Source of the DNA: a virus
Lineage: Duplodnaviria; Heunggongvirae; Uroviricota; Caudoviricetes
Length of the DNA stretch: 10,864 nt
Strand: one strand, 5' to 3'
Virus record (IMG/VR): IMGVR_UViG_2534682158_000020
Coordinates: 1 to 10,864 of that record
Both the position numbers and the translations under genes were made by a program. Positions 1 to 7,213 of the stretch are shown one piece after another (position 1 is the stretch's first letter; each line of letters begins with the position of its first letter). Under the pieces are notes generated by a model. The model was not told the origin of the DNA. It made no database searches and saw nothing but the letters and a program-made list of their open reading frames with translations.

Positions 1-1242
1 ATGGCACGAAAAACCACCCCACTAACCATTACGGAGATCAAAAACGCACGGCCAGGGGAAAAGGAATACACCCTGCAGGATGGCGGAGGATTATTTCTTC
101 TGGTGAAGCCCTCCGGATCAAAAATCTGGCGTTTTACGTACTACCGTCCGGCAGATAAAAAACGGACTATTATCAGCCTTGGATCGCTGAATGATGTTTC
201 CCTGTCTGATGCCAGAGAGCGACGGAATGAATACAGGTCACTCATAGCAAAGGGAACTGACCCACAGGACCACGAACGCCGGAAACGTGAAGCAGAGAGC
301 CGGAAAAAGGGCAACACGTTCGAAAAAGTTGCCTCGGACTGGTACGAGATGAAAAAAGGCCAGAATCTGGCTTACAACACGATTAAGGATATCTGGCGAT
401 CCATGGAAAAATACGTATTCCCGTACATCGGAAACACGCCAATAGATACCCTCACCGCTCGCCGCTTTGTTGAGATACTCACCCCCATTAAGGCGCGTGG
501 CAACCTGGAAACCCTGAAACGCGTTTTACAGCGCATCAATGAGGTGATGGATTTTGCTGCCAACAGTGGTCTGATTGACATCAACACCGCCGCGAACGTC
601 CGCAAGGCATTCCCCTCACCCACCAAAAAGCACATGCCAACCATCCGACCGGAACAGCTACCACAGCTAATGCACGATTTATCGGTCGCCAGCATAGAAC
701 GGCAAACCAGATTGCTGATTGAGTGGCAACTGCTGACCGTAGCACGCCCAGCCGAAGCAGCCGCCGCACGTTGGGAAGAAATAGATCTCGATGCCGAAAC
801 CTGGACGATTCCAGCCGGACGCATGAAGATGCGCCGTGACCATGTGATCCCCCTTTGCGGTCAGGCTATGGCTGTACTGGAAACCATGAAGCCAATCAGC
901 GCACACAGGGAACACGTTTTTCCCAGCCTTAAAAATCCGATGCTACCAATGAGCAGCCAGACCGCTAACGCTGCATTACGCCGGATGGGATACGCTGGTG
1001 TGCTGGTGTCTCACGGATTACGCGCCATATTCAGTACAGCAGCGAACGAGGAAGGATTCGAGCCGGACGTAATCGAGGCCGCACTCGCACACGTGGACAC
1101 AAACGAGGTAAGGCGGGCATATAACCGAAGTAACTACCTGGAAAAACGTGTAGTACTTATGCGCTGGTGGGGTGAATTTGTGGAAGCCGCAGCAACCGGA
1201 GTGACCATAGCCAGTGGTAAAAGGGGTATCCGTGCGGTGTAA
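1..1242 (+). CDS. int: Tyrosine site-specific integrase, P4/CP4-57 family
   Basis: 413-aa ORF starting at ATG at position 1. N-terminal region (KNARPGEKEYTLQDGGGLFLLVKPSGSKIWRFTYY) resembles the arm-binding domain of P4-type integrases; C-terminal part carries HxxR (HGLRAIFSTAAN) and a catalytic-Tyr region (RAYNRSNYLEKR). Upstream RBS, att and target gene lie outside the window. Confidence 0.9.
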   Translation: MARKTTPLTITEIKNARPGEKEYTLQDGGGLFLLVKPSGSKIWRFTYYRPADKKRTIISLGSLNDVSLSDARERRNEYRSLIAKGTDPQDHERRKREAESRKKGNTFEKVASDWYEMKKGQNLAYNTIKDIWRSMEKYVFPYIGNTPIDTLTARRFVEILTPIKARGNLETLKRVLQRINEVMDFAANSGLIDINTAANVRKAFPSPTKKHMPTIRPEQLPQLMHDLSVASIERQTRLLIEWQLLTVARPAEAAAARWEEIDLDAETWTIPAGRMKMRRDHVIPLCGQAMAVLETMKPISAHREHVFPSLKNPMLPMSSQTANAALRRMGYAGVLVSHGLRAIFSTAANEEGFEPDVIEAALAHVDTNEVRRAYNRSNYLEKRVVLMRWWGEFVEAAATGVTIASGKRGIRAV

Positions 1243-1266
1243 CTGTACAAAAAAACAGCACAACCA

Positions 1267-1295
1267 GTGCAAACCATGCTAAACCATCGTATAAT
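1267..1295 (+). promoter_or_regulatory. Putative sigma70 promoter: perfect -10 TATAAT (1290-1295), weak -35 GTGCAA (1267-1272), 17-bp spacer
   Basis: Hexamers read directly from sequence; would drive rightward transcription into the 1356-1598 region. No experimental support. Confidence 0.3.
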
Positions 1296-1355
1296 CGCCT
1301 ATCTCCTCAACAGACAAGGAAAAACCCGACTCATGAGAAATCGAGATTTATTGAA

Positions 1356-1598
1356 ATGGTCTGGCACGAAAAATCATCCAATGTCTGCGGTGAAGGGCTG
1401 CAACTGGCGTTAATGGCAAATCGTGAATTCTGGTCAACATACGATCCGGAAGACAAATCAACGGCCCCCACGAAACACGAGGTAGTCAGTTTTTTGCGTT
1501 CGCGTGGCGCATCCAAAAATCTGGCTGAAAGCATCGACAAGGTGCTGAGGCCCACCAGCCTTAAATGTGGTGGGCGACCTAAGAAGTGGAAACGGTAA
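1356..1598 (+). CDS. Hypothetical small protein (80 aa); coding status uncertain
   Basis: ORF between a TATAAT -10 element and a strong intrinsic terminator that starts 6 nt after its stop. No convincing Shine-Dalgarno before either in-frame ATG (1356, 1413); no recognisable family. Confidence 0.25.
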   Translation: MVWHEKSSNVCGEGLQLALMANREFWSTYDPEDKSTAPTKHEVVSFLRSRGASKNLAESIDKVLRPTSLKCGGRPKKWKR

Positions 1599-1603
1599 TC
1601 ACA

Positions 1604-1633
1604 ATAGCGGCCCCTTGCGGTCGCTATTTTTTT
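1604..1633 (+). terminator. Rho-independent terminator
   Basis: Stem ATAGCGGCC (1604-1612) pairs with GGTCGCTAT (1619-1627), 9 bp with one G-U, loop CCTTGC, followed by a 7-T run (1627-1633). Confidence 0.7.
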
Positions 1634-1675
1634 GCAGAAAGAAAAGCGTAATCAATGAGATAAAAAACAGTGGGT

Positions 1676-1691
1676 ACCGTTTTAAAACGGT
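1676..1691. promoter_or_regulatory. Perfect 16-bp palindrome ACCGTTTTAAAACGGT upstream of alpA; candidate operator
   Basis: Exact dyad symmetry read from sequence, about 80 bp upstream of the alpA start and flanked by GGTAC on both sides (1673-1677, 1693-1697). Confidence 0.35.
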
Positions 1692-1768
1692 TGGTACTGT
1701 TTTTCCCGCCCTGCCCTGTTTTACCGTATTTATCACCGGAATACGCCGGATTAACGAGGTAAAACATA

Positions 1769-1975
1769 GTGGAAACAATCAGAAAAATTCTTACCCGACA
1801 AGAAGTAAAAAATATTCTGCGCATCAAGGCAGACAGTTCGCTACAGGACATGATCAACGCCGGAAAATTCCCGAAAGGCTTCAAAATTGGTCTGCGTCGT
1901 GTTGGATGGTATGAAGATGAGGTACTGGCCTGGCTGAAAGAACGCCAGGAAGAAGCGCGCGGAACGGCTGCGTAA
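1769..1975 (+). CDS. alpA: AlpA-family DNA-binding regulator (prophage CP4-57 AlpA / P4 Vis-like HTH)
   Basis: 68-aa ORF with GTG start at 1769 preceded by GAGG (1756-1759). Sequence has the AlpA-type pattern (ILR.K...S....I..G.FPKG.KIG.R.VGW.E.EV.AWL). Confidence 0.8.
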   Translation: METIRKILTRQEVKNILRIKADSSLQDMINAGKFPKGFKIGLRRVGWYEDEVLAWLKERQEEARGTAA

Positions 1976-2005
1976 GGGTGTGAGGTGTAACGCAATGAAT
2001 ATAAC

Positions 2006-2037
2006 AAAAAGCGCCCCGTTGCCGGAGCGCTCTTGTG
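2006..2037. terminator. Hairpin between convergent transcription units; candidate bidirectional terminator
   Basis: GCGCCCCG (2011-2018) pairs with CGGAGCGC (2023-2030), 7 of 8 bp, loop TTGC. A5 on the 5' side gives a T5 tail on the - strand; TCTT on the 3' side. Confidence 0.4.
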
Positions 2038-2126
2038 AACAATTAACCTGCTGCGAAAAAATTGGATCAGTGCAGGGGAATTATATCAACCGTGTGACGA
2101 AGCGCCACAATTGCCGGATAACAGGC

Positions 2127-2153
2127 AAAAAAAGACCACCGTGACAGGTGGCC
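2127..2153 (-). terminator. Rho-independent terminator, minus-strand orientation
   Basis: On the - strand: GGCCACC / GGTGGTC stem (7 bp with one G-U), 6-nt loop, followed by TTTTTTT (plus-strand A-run 2127-2133). Confidence 0.45.
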
Positions 2154-2385
2154 CTTCGACACAAGTTACACGTTATCCCCAACGTATGAGCATTGCCAAC
2201 AATGCCACATTTGCGGCTGGTGGGCAAAGCGTAACCGGAAAAAAATTCCGGTGGGGCTATTCCTGCTCTTTGTCCTTGCGTCGCTGGCGACGTTTGATCT
2301 CATGCAGAATTTTTTCAGGTAAGAATCCTGCTGATTTATTTTCTGGTAGCAATGGTTTGTTATCTGTCTGCTTCCTGGTCATACA

Positions 2386-2583
2386 TCAACCTTTTGGTTC
2401 GTTACGTTTCCATACCTGCAATGGGCGAGTTTTCCTGTACTCTTTTAGGAATTTCTCAAGAGCAAAAGCACATGGTGAGAATCTTTCTGACTCATGCTCA
2501 TGCGCTATCTTGCTGCGCCGTCTTTTCCGTGAAGGTGATGTTTTTTCGGTTGATTCGTTGTTGGTCATTCTGTGTACCTGCAT
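2386..2583 (-). CDS. Hypothetical small basic protein (65 aa) downstream of the RHH-like gene; weak call
   Basis: ORF 42 nt after the RHH-like stop on the same strand. No clear Shine-Dalgarno and no recognisable family. Confidence 0.2.
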   Translation of the reverse strand: MQVHRMTNNESTEKTSPSRKRRRSKIAHEHESERFSPCAFALEKFLKEYRKTRPLQVWKRNEPKG

Positions 2584-2625
2584 AGCAATGCGCCGGAGTT
2601 CCTCACACCACGGCGCTGATAGTTA

Positions 2626-2931
2626 TTATTCTGATTCTTTGGCCTTGCGGCGCTGGAGTTCTTCACGTGCGACGGTGACGAGCTGCCCGATCTCCTCGGC
2701 GGCTTTGACTCCGATTTTTTCCACCTGCGCCAGTGCATCGAGCGAAGAAACCAGGGGATTTTCTCCGCTTCCTTCTGCCTGGCGCCTGGCGATCTCCCCG
2801 CGCATGGCGGTTACTATAAATCCGGCGTTGCTTTCGCCGTCCAGTTTTACGGATTCCATGCCTTCAATAACATCATGCGGGATCCGAGCTGTCAGTGATT
2901 GTGATTTTGTGTTTTTTGAACCTGTAGCCAT
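2626..2931 (-). CDS. Putative DNA-binding protein, possibly ribbon-helix-helix (Arc/CopG-like); candidate regulator of the divergent early operon
   Basis: ATG at 2931 with GAGAGG 7 nt upstream on the - strand, 101 aa. N-terminal segment SLTARIPHDVIEGMESV fits a beta-strand then helix RHH pattern. Fold assignment is by eye only. Confidence 0.55.
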   Translation of the reverse strand: MATGSKNTKSQSLTARIPHDVIEGMESVKLDGESNAGFIVTAMRGEIARRQAEGSGENPLVSSLDALAQVEKIGVKAAEEIGQLVTVAREELQRRKAKESE

Positions 2932-3020
2932 CTGTAATCCTCTCAATGAAAGTGTAAGACAATATACACACAAAAAGTATTACATAAAAGCATTGACATG
3001 TAAGCCACCTATAAACAAAG
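2932..3020. promoter_or_regulatory. Divergent promoter region between the RHH-like gene and the early operon leader
   Basis: Perfect -35 TTGACA at 2993-2998 on the + strand, but the nearest TATAAA (3010-3015) is only 11 bp away, so the exact promoter is unresolved. AT-rich and free of credible ORFs. Confidence 0.35.
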
Positions 3021-3290
3021 TTACTTACACCTTATTGGTGCAAGGTTCAGAAACGACGAAACCCGGCAGTGCGCGAACACTAACCGGGCTTCTAACCACC
3101 AGCGATAGAAAGATTATCGAGGTAGCTATGTTAAATCATACCACACACCCGCAAGGGCGGGACTTGCACAACCTGAATAAACCCGATGTAAAAAACCTGT
3201 TGCTCGCCACTGCCAGCCAGGGCTATGATTTATACGCACCAGCAAAATCTGGTGCCGGGATTGGCGTCCTGGTATTTAACGAAGCGCACA

Positions 3291-3313
3291 ACACGCGCCC
3301 TGCGTGTTTTTTT
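3291..3313 (+). terminator. Intrinsic terminator inside the early-operon leader (attenuator-like)
   Basis: Stem ACACGC (3291-3296) / GCGTGT (3302-3307), loop GCCCT, then a 7-T run (3307-3313). Lies about 160 bp upstream of the first early gene. Confidence 0.6.
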
Positions 3314-3475
3314 GTGCCGGATAGTCACACCTTATCAATGGTGGGCTGTATGGGGGCGGAGCAATCCGCGCCGGGTTCTTCGTTAACCGGTTACGCCAAC
3401 CCCGTACAGTCCACCGCCAGCGAAATTGGCGTTTCCTGCGGTGGGTTTATTAACCCTAACGAAGAGGCTGCCAAC

Positions 3476-3664
3476 ATGGCTACAGTCCCTACCCTTGTAC
3501 ATTCCCAAACTGCCTTTATCTGGCGCTTTATCATCTTTGGCGCGTCAGAATCCCAAATCATCCACGTCACCGCATGGACGGAACGCGAAGCGCGTAACCA
3601 TTGCCCGTCCGGTTGTGTCGCTGTATTCGCCGCCCGTATTCGTCAGGGGGTGAGTCATGCATAA
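3476..3664 (+). CDS. Icd/Kil-like small protein (host cell division inhibitor family), first gene of the early operon
   Basis: 62-aa ORF, ATG 3476 with AGAGG 8 nt upstream. Motifs FIWRF ... TEREAR ... VFAARI match my recollection of Icd-like proteins of P4-type elements. Stop overlaps the next start. Confidence 0.55.
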   Translation: MATVPTLVHSQTAFIWRFIIFGASESQIIHVTAWTEREARNHCPSGCVAVFAARIRQGVSHA

Positions 3665-3884
3665 AATACCCTTTGATGTTCTTGTTCATTCTGAAAACGC
3701 ATTAATCCGCGCAAAGGAAATGGACGCATTACTACTTAAGTTAATTGATGTGCCGGAAAGTGGCGATGAATCTGATTCAATGATGTTTTCTGCCGTGCGT
3801 ACGCTATTAACGCCTGTTATTAATGAATTAAATACAGTGATGGCAATTCACGAGAATAATAAAGCGCAGCACACCGGAGAATAA
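3657..3884 (+). CDS. Hypothetical acidic protein (75 aa)
   Basis: ATG 3657 preceded by AGGGGG and overlapping the Icd-like stop (coupled). No family recognised. Confidence 0.6.
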   Translation: MHKIPFDVLVHSENALIRAKEMDALLLKLIDVPESGDESDSMMFSAVRTLLTPVINELNTVMAIHENNKAQHTGE

Positions 3885-3889
3885 AAAAC

Positions 3890-4189
3890 ATGAAAAAGAA
3901 AAATACTGGCGTTAATGCCAGCGGCCCCGCTCGTCCTGAATTTATGAACGGCGATATTTACCGCGATAAATATGGCGGCATGGTAACGATTAAAGGCGTG
4001 GCAGAACGGCGCATCACTTACCGCCGTGATGGCTACGAATATGACTGCGTGATGCCTGTTTATCAGTTCCGGAGTGATTTTTCACTGATACAGGCCACAC
4101 CACGCAGACAGCCCACCAGCTACGCAAAGGCATGGGCAAATATTCAGAAAATGAAAAACATGATTAACGCATTCAGGGGCAAAAAATGA
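3890..4189 (+). CDS. Hypothetical protein (99 aa)
   Basis: ATG 3890 with GGAG upstream; its stop overlaps the primase start (ATGA at 4186-4189). No family recognised. Confidence 0.6.
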   Translation: MKKKNTGVNASGPARPEFMNGDIYRDKYGGMVTIKGVAERRITYRRDGYEYDCVMPVYQFRSDFSLIQATPRRQPTSYAKAWANIQKMKNMINAFRGKK

Positions 4190-5991
4190 AACTGGCACCG
4201 AACTTAAAAAAACAGCCACACGACAAAATGACCGAAGTCATTATTTTTGCGGGTAGTGATGCCTGGGCGCACGCGAAACAATGGCAGGAGCAGGACGGGC
4301 GACTTGCTGGCGACAATGTTCCGCCTGTATGGCTTGGAGACAGCCAGCTTGACGAACTGGCAGACCTGAAAATTATCGACGATGGTCGCTATTGTGTCCG
4401 GCTGTACAAGGCAGGCCACATCAAGCCGTCAAATATTAATGCCATCGGGCAAAAGCTGGCGGTGGCAGGTGTACGGGATGCGAATTATTACCCTGAGGGA
4501 ATGCACAGCCAGAAGCGGGAGAACTGGCACGAATATCTGGAGCGTGAGCGCCAGAATCTTTCTGATGGTCTGGTTATTCAGCTTCCTGTTAAGAAAAAAA
4601 CAGAAGACAGCGCCGCACCACTGGCGCTTAACCAGATGGGAGCAAGCCAGCGCGGCGAAGTTCTCCTGGCACGTTATGGCGGTGAACTGGCAATCAATGC
4701 GGACTCTGACACCGTTCACCACTACAACGGCGTTGTATGGGAGCCGGTACAGGATAAAGAGTTACAGCGGGCTATGGCGCAGATTTTTATTGATGCGGAG
4801 ATCAGTTATTCGCAGAACGCCATCAAATCGGCGGTCGATACAATGAAGTTAAGTTTGCCCGTAATGGGGAATACCGCCCGTAACCTGATTGGATTCAGTA
4901 ACGGTGTTTTTGATACCCGGACAGGCGATTTTCGGGAGCATGACAAAAACGACTGGCTGTTAATTGCCAGTGAATTACCGTTCAGCCCGCCAGCAGAGGG
5001 GGAAACGCTGGCAACGCATGCGCCGAATTTCTGGAAATGGTTGCGCCGTTCGGTGGCTGAGAATGACCGTAAAGCGGATCGCGTACTGGCGGCGTTATTC
5101 ATGGTGCTGGCGAACCGATACGACTGGCAGTTATTTCTTGAGGTAACGGGGCCGGGTGGAAGCGGTAAAAGCGTAATGGCGGAGATTTGCACCATGCTGG
5201 CGGGTAAGGCCAACACGGTATCGGCAAGCATGAAGGCGCTGGAAGATGCCAGGGAACGCGCGTTAGTGGTTGGATTTTCGCTGATTATCATGCCGGATAT
5301 GACCCGCTACGCTGGTGATGGCGCAGGAATTAAGGCCATTACAGGCGGTGACAAGGTGGCAATCGACCCGAAGCATAAAGCCCCCTACTCAACACGCATT
5401 CAGGCGGTCGTGCTGGCGGTGAACAATAACGCCATGTCATTCAGTGACCGCAGCGGGGGGATCTCACGTCGTCGGGTGATATTCAATTTTTCGGAGGTTG
5501 TACCGGAAAACGAACGCGACCCCATGCTGGCAGAAAAAATAGAAGGAGAGCTGGCGGTTGTGATTCGCCACCTGCTTACTCGTTTTTCTGACCAGGACGA
5601 AGCTAAACGCCTGCTGTATGAGCAGCAGAAATCAGAAGAAGCACTGGTGATAAAACGCGAGGGCGATTCGCTGGTGGACTTCTGCGGCTATCTCATGTCG
5701 TCGGTAATGTGTGATGGTCTGTTAGTGGGTAATGCCGAAATTATTCCGTTCAGTCCGCGCAGGTATCTTTATCACGCCTATCTGGCATATATGAGGGCAC
5801 ACGGATTCGGTAAACCTGTAACACTGACGCGCTTCGGTAAAGATATGCCGGGGGCAATGGCGGAATATGGCAGGGAGTATATGAAACGGAAAACGAAGCA
5901 CGGTTTGCGTTCAAATGTGACCCTTACAGAGGATTCAGAAGACTGGATGCCATCATGTGCATCGGTCACAAATGACGATGGAAAAAATTAA
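4186..5991 (+). CDS. Primase-helicase replication initiator, P4 alpha-like (satellite Pri-Rep)
   Basis: 601-aa ORF with AGGGG RBS. Walker A motif GPGGSGKS in the central region; overall resemblance to phage/plasmid primase P4-family proteins; immediately followed by the iteron cluster. Confidence 0.9.
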   Translation: MKLAPNLKKQPHDKMTEVIIFAGSDAWAHAKQWQEQDGRLAGDNVPPVWLGDSQLDELADLKIIDDGRYCVRLYKAGHIKPSNINAIGQKLAVAGVRDANYYPEGMHSQKRENWHEYLERERQNLSDGLVIQLPVKKKTEDSAAPLALNQMGASQRGEVLLARYGGELAINADSDTVHHYNGVVWEPVQDKELQRAMAQIFIDAEISYSQNAIKSAVDTMKLSLPVMGNTARNLIGFSNGVFDTRTGDFREHDKNDWLLIASELPFSPPAEGETLATHAPNFWKWLRRSVAENDRKADRVLAALFMVLANRYDWQLFLEVTGPGGSGKSVMAEICTMLAGKANTVSASMKALEDARERALVVGFSLIIMPDMTRYAGDGAGIKAITGGDKVAIDPKHKAPYSTRIQAVVLAVNNNAMSFSDRSGGISRRRVIFNFSEVVPENERDPMLAEKIEGELAVVIRHLLTRFSDQDEAKRLLYEQQKSEEALVIKREGDSLVDFCGYLMSSVMCDGLLVGNAEIIPFSPRRYLYHAYLAYMRAHGFGKPVTLTRFGKDMPGAMAEYGREYMKRKTKHGLRSNVTLTEDSEDWMPSCASVTNDDGKN

Positions 5992-6003
5992 ACTTATGGA
6001 ATA

Positions 6004-6233
6004 ACTGTTCACCACTGTTCACCATATCATAAATGTCTTTTATATCAGTATATTATAGGGTGAACAGTTATTTATGAACTGTTCACCAAACTATTCACTG
6101 TTCACCTTTTTGATTGTTTATTGAGCTTAAGGGTGAACAGTGGTGAACAGTTGGTGAATAGTTTCTGTGAAACTGTTCACCCCTTAACATCATGAATAAA
6201 AAGGGAAAATCTCAAAAGGTGAACAGGTGAAGG
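6004..6233. repeat. Iteron cluster / candidate replication origin (P4 ori1/crr-like)
   Basis: Nine perfect copies of the octamer TGTTCACC: forward at 6006, 6016, 6080, 6099, 6174; reverse (GGTGAACA) at 6059, 6132, 6142, 6218. Degenerate copies at 6092, 6153, 6226. AT-rich spacer at 6024-6057. Confidence 0.85.
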
Positions 6234-6277
6234 GTTAAAATGCAAAAATTTTATTTTATTGCTGTGAGGTAAAGCCT

Positions 6278-6523
6278 GTGACAACGAAGCACGCAAAAAA
6301 ACCACAATCTCACGCCCTTGATTTGACAGAACACTGGCTGAGGGTGGCGATAAAAATCATCGATCGCAACGCGGGAGAAGGATACGCGAAAGCACATCCT
6401 GAACTGATAAGCGCATTCATGACAACGGCGGCGGCAAACTTTGCCACGCTGACAGAACGGGAGATTGCCGAAGCGGAACAGGTGACAACCATCAATGTTA
6501 AAACCGGAGAGGTGGAATCATGA
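6278..6523 (+). CDS. Hypothetical protein (81 aa), translationally coupled to ssb
   Basis: GTG 6278 with GAGG 8 nt upstream; stop TGA overlaps the ssb ATG (ATGA at 6520-6523). No family recognised. Confidence 0.55.
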   Translation: MTTKHAKKPQSHALDLTEHWLRVAIKIIDRNAGEGYAKAHPELISAFMTTAAANFATLTEREIAEAEQVTTINVKTGEVES

Positions 6524-6942
6524 CAGCACAGATAGCGGCTTACGGGCGGCTGGTGGCTGACCCGCAGTTAAAGACCACCAGCAAGGGCACACAAATGGCG
6601 ATGGCGAGTATGGCGGTTCCCCTGCCGTGCAGCCAGGCAGATGACGGAACGGCGACGATGTGGTTATCCGTCCTGGCGTTTGGCAGACAGGCCGACGCAC
6701 TGGCAAAGCACCAGAAAGGCGAACTGGTGAGCGTGGCGGGTAACATGCAGATAAGCCAGTGGACAGGCCAGAACGGCGAAACGCGGCAGGGCTGGCAGGT
6801 TATCGCAGACAGTGTAATCAGTGCCCGAACGGCGCGACCGGGCGGCAAAAAAGGCCAGCAGGGCCAGGCTACTGACGCGCTGAACAGAGCAAAACAACAG
6901 GCGGGAAATGATGATCCGTACGGGGATGACATACCGTTTTAA
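6520..6942 (+). CDS. ssb: Single-stranded DNA-binding protein
   Basis: 140 aa; OB-fold region aligns by eye with E. coli SSB (LVADPQLKTT..., WLSVLAFGRQADALAKHQKGELVSVAGNMQISQWTGQNGETRQ); Gly/Gln-rich linker; acidic C-terminal tail ending DDIPF. Confidence 0.85.
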   Translation: MTAQIAAYGRLVADPQLKTTSKGTQMAMASMAVPLPCSQADDGTATMWLSVLAFGRQADALAKHQKGELVSVAGNMQISQWTGQNGETRQGWQVIADSVISARTARPGGKKGQQGQATDALNRAKQQAGNDDPYGDDIPF

Positions 6943-6950
6943 GCAACGAG

Positions 6951-6982
6951 TGACAGAAGCCGGAGCAATCCGGCTTCTGTCA
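6951..6982 (+). other. Perfect 14-bp stem with GCAA tetraloop after ssb; no U-tract
   Basis: TGACAGAAGCCGGA (6951-6964) / TCCGGCTTCTGTCA (6969-6982), loop GCAA. Followed by GTTGAGTCC, so not a canonical intrinsic terminator. Confidence 0.5.
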
Positions 6983-7002
6983 GTTGAGTCCGTCACACCA
7001 CG

Positions 7003-7030
7003 CAAAAAAAGGCCGGAATGTTCCGACCCC
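7003..7030 (-). terminator. Rho-independent terminator, minus-strand orientation
   Basis: On the - strand: GGTCGGA / TCCGGCC stem (7 bp with one G-U), loop ACAT, followed by TTTTTTT. On the + strand the stem has a mismatch and no T-tail. Confidence 0.4.
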
Positions 7031-7122
7031 TTCATCACCAAAGAGAATAATTTATGTCTTTGAACTTGTAACGCTGCACAGAATGACACGTAACGCCGGA
7101 TAAATAAACGAAGATTGAAACT

Positions 7123-7151
7123 TTGCACACTATTGCATAGCAATGCATAAA
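7123..7151 (+). promoter_or_regulatory. Putative promoter for the capsid/packaging operon
   Basis: Candidate -35 TTGCAC (7123-7128), 17-bp spacer, -10 CATAAA (7146-7151) with TG at 7144-7145. Overlaps the TGCAT-rich dyad ATTGCATAGCAAT. Weak call. Confidence 0.25.
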
Positions 7152-7213
7152 GATGCCGAACAAGGCAGATGATAAAATTAACGCGACACTTTTACTAAGT
7201 ATCAAGAGGTTAT

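Noticed and set aside
372-1272. Several minus-strand ORFs (62-150 aa) inside or overlapping the integrase gene
   Set aside because: They are nested antisense within a well-supported full-length integrase ORF.
2251-2322. 23-codon hydrophobic frame (VGLFLLFVLASLATFDLMQNFFR) preceded by hairpin CCGGAAAAAAATTCCGG; possible type I toxin-like peptide
   Set aside because: No ATG start, no Shine-Dalgarno, and the hydrophobic stretch is short. Too speculative to call.
2111-3664. 517-aa open frame on the + strand
   Set aside because: It runs antisense through the RHH-like gene, across two terminators and the divergent promoter region, and its translation looks low-complexity. Only its last 62 codons (3476-3664) look like a real gene. 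A longer start at ATG 3128 (GAGG 6 nt upstream) is possible but would place an intrinsic terminator inside the coding sequence.
4204-5969. Overlapping ORFs on both strands inside the primase-helicase gene
   Set aside because: They are alternative-frame artefacts within a 601-aa ORF that has a clear Walker A motif and family resemblance.
6004-6233. Possible CRISPR array, given the many short repeats
   Set aside because: The repeat unit is only 8 bp, occurs in both orientations with irregular spacing, and sits next to a primase-helicase gene. These are iterons.
6540-7143. Minus-strand ORFs of 130 and 159 aa antisense to ssb and its downstream region
   Set aside because: They overlap the well-supported ssb gene and the hairpin/terminator region, and lack RBSs.
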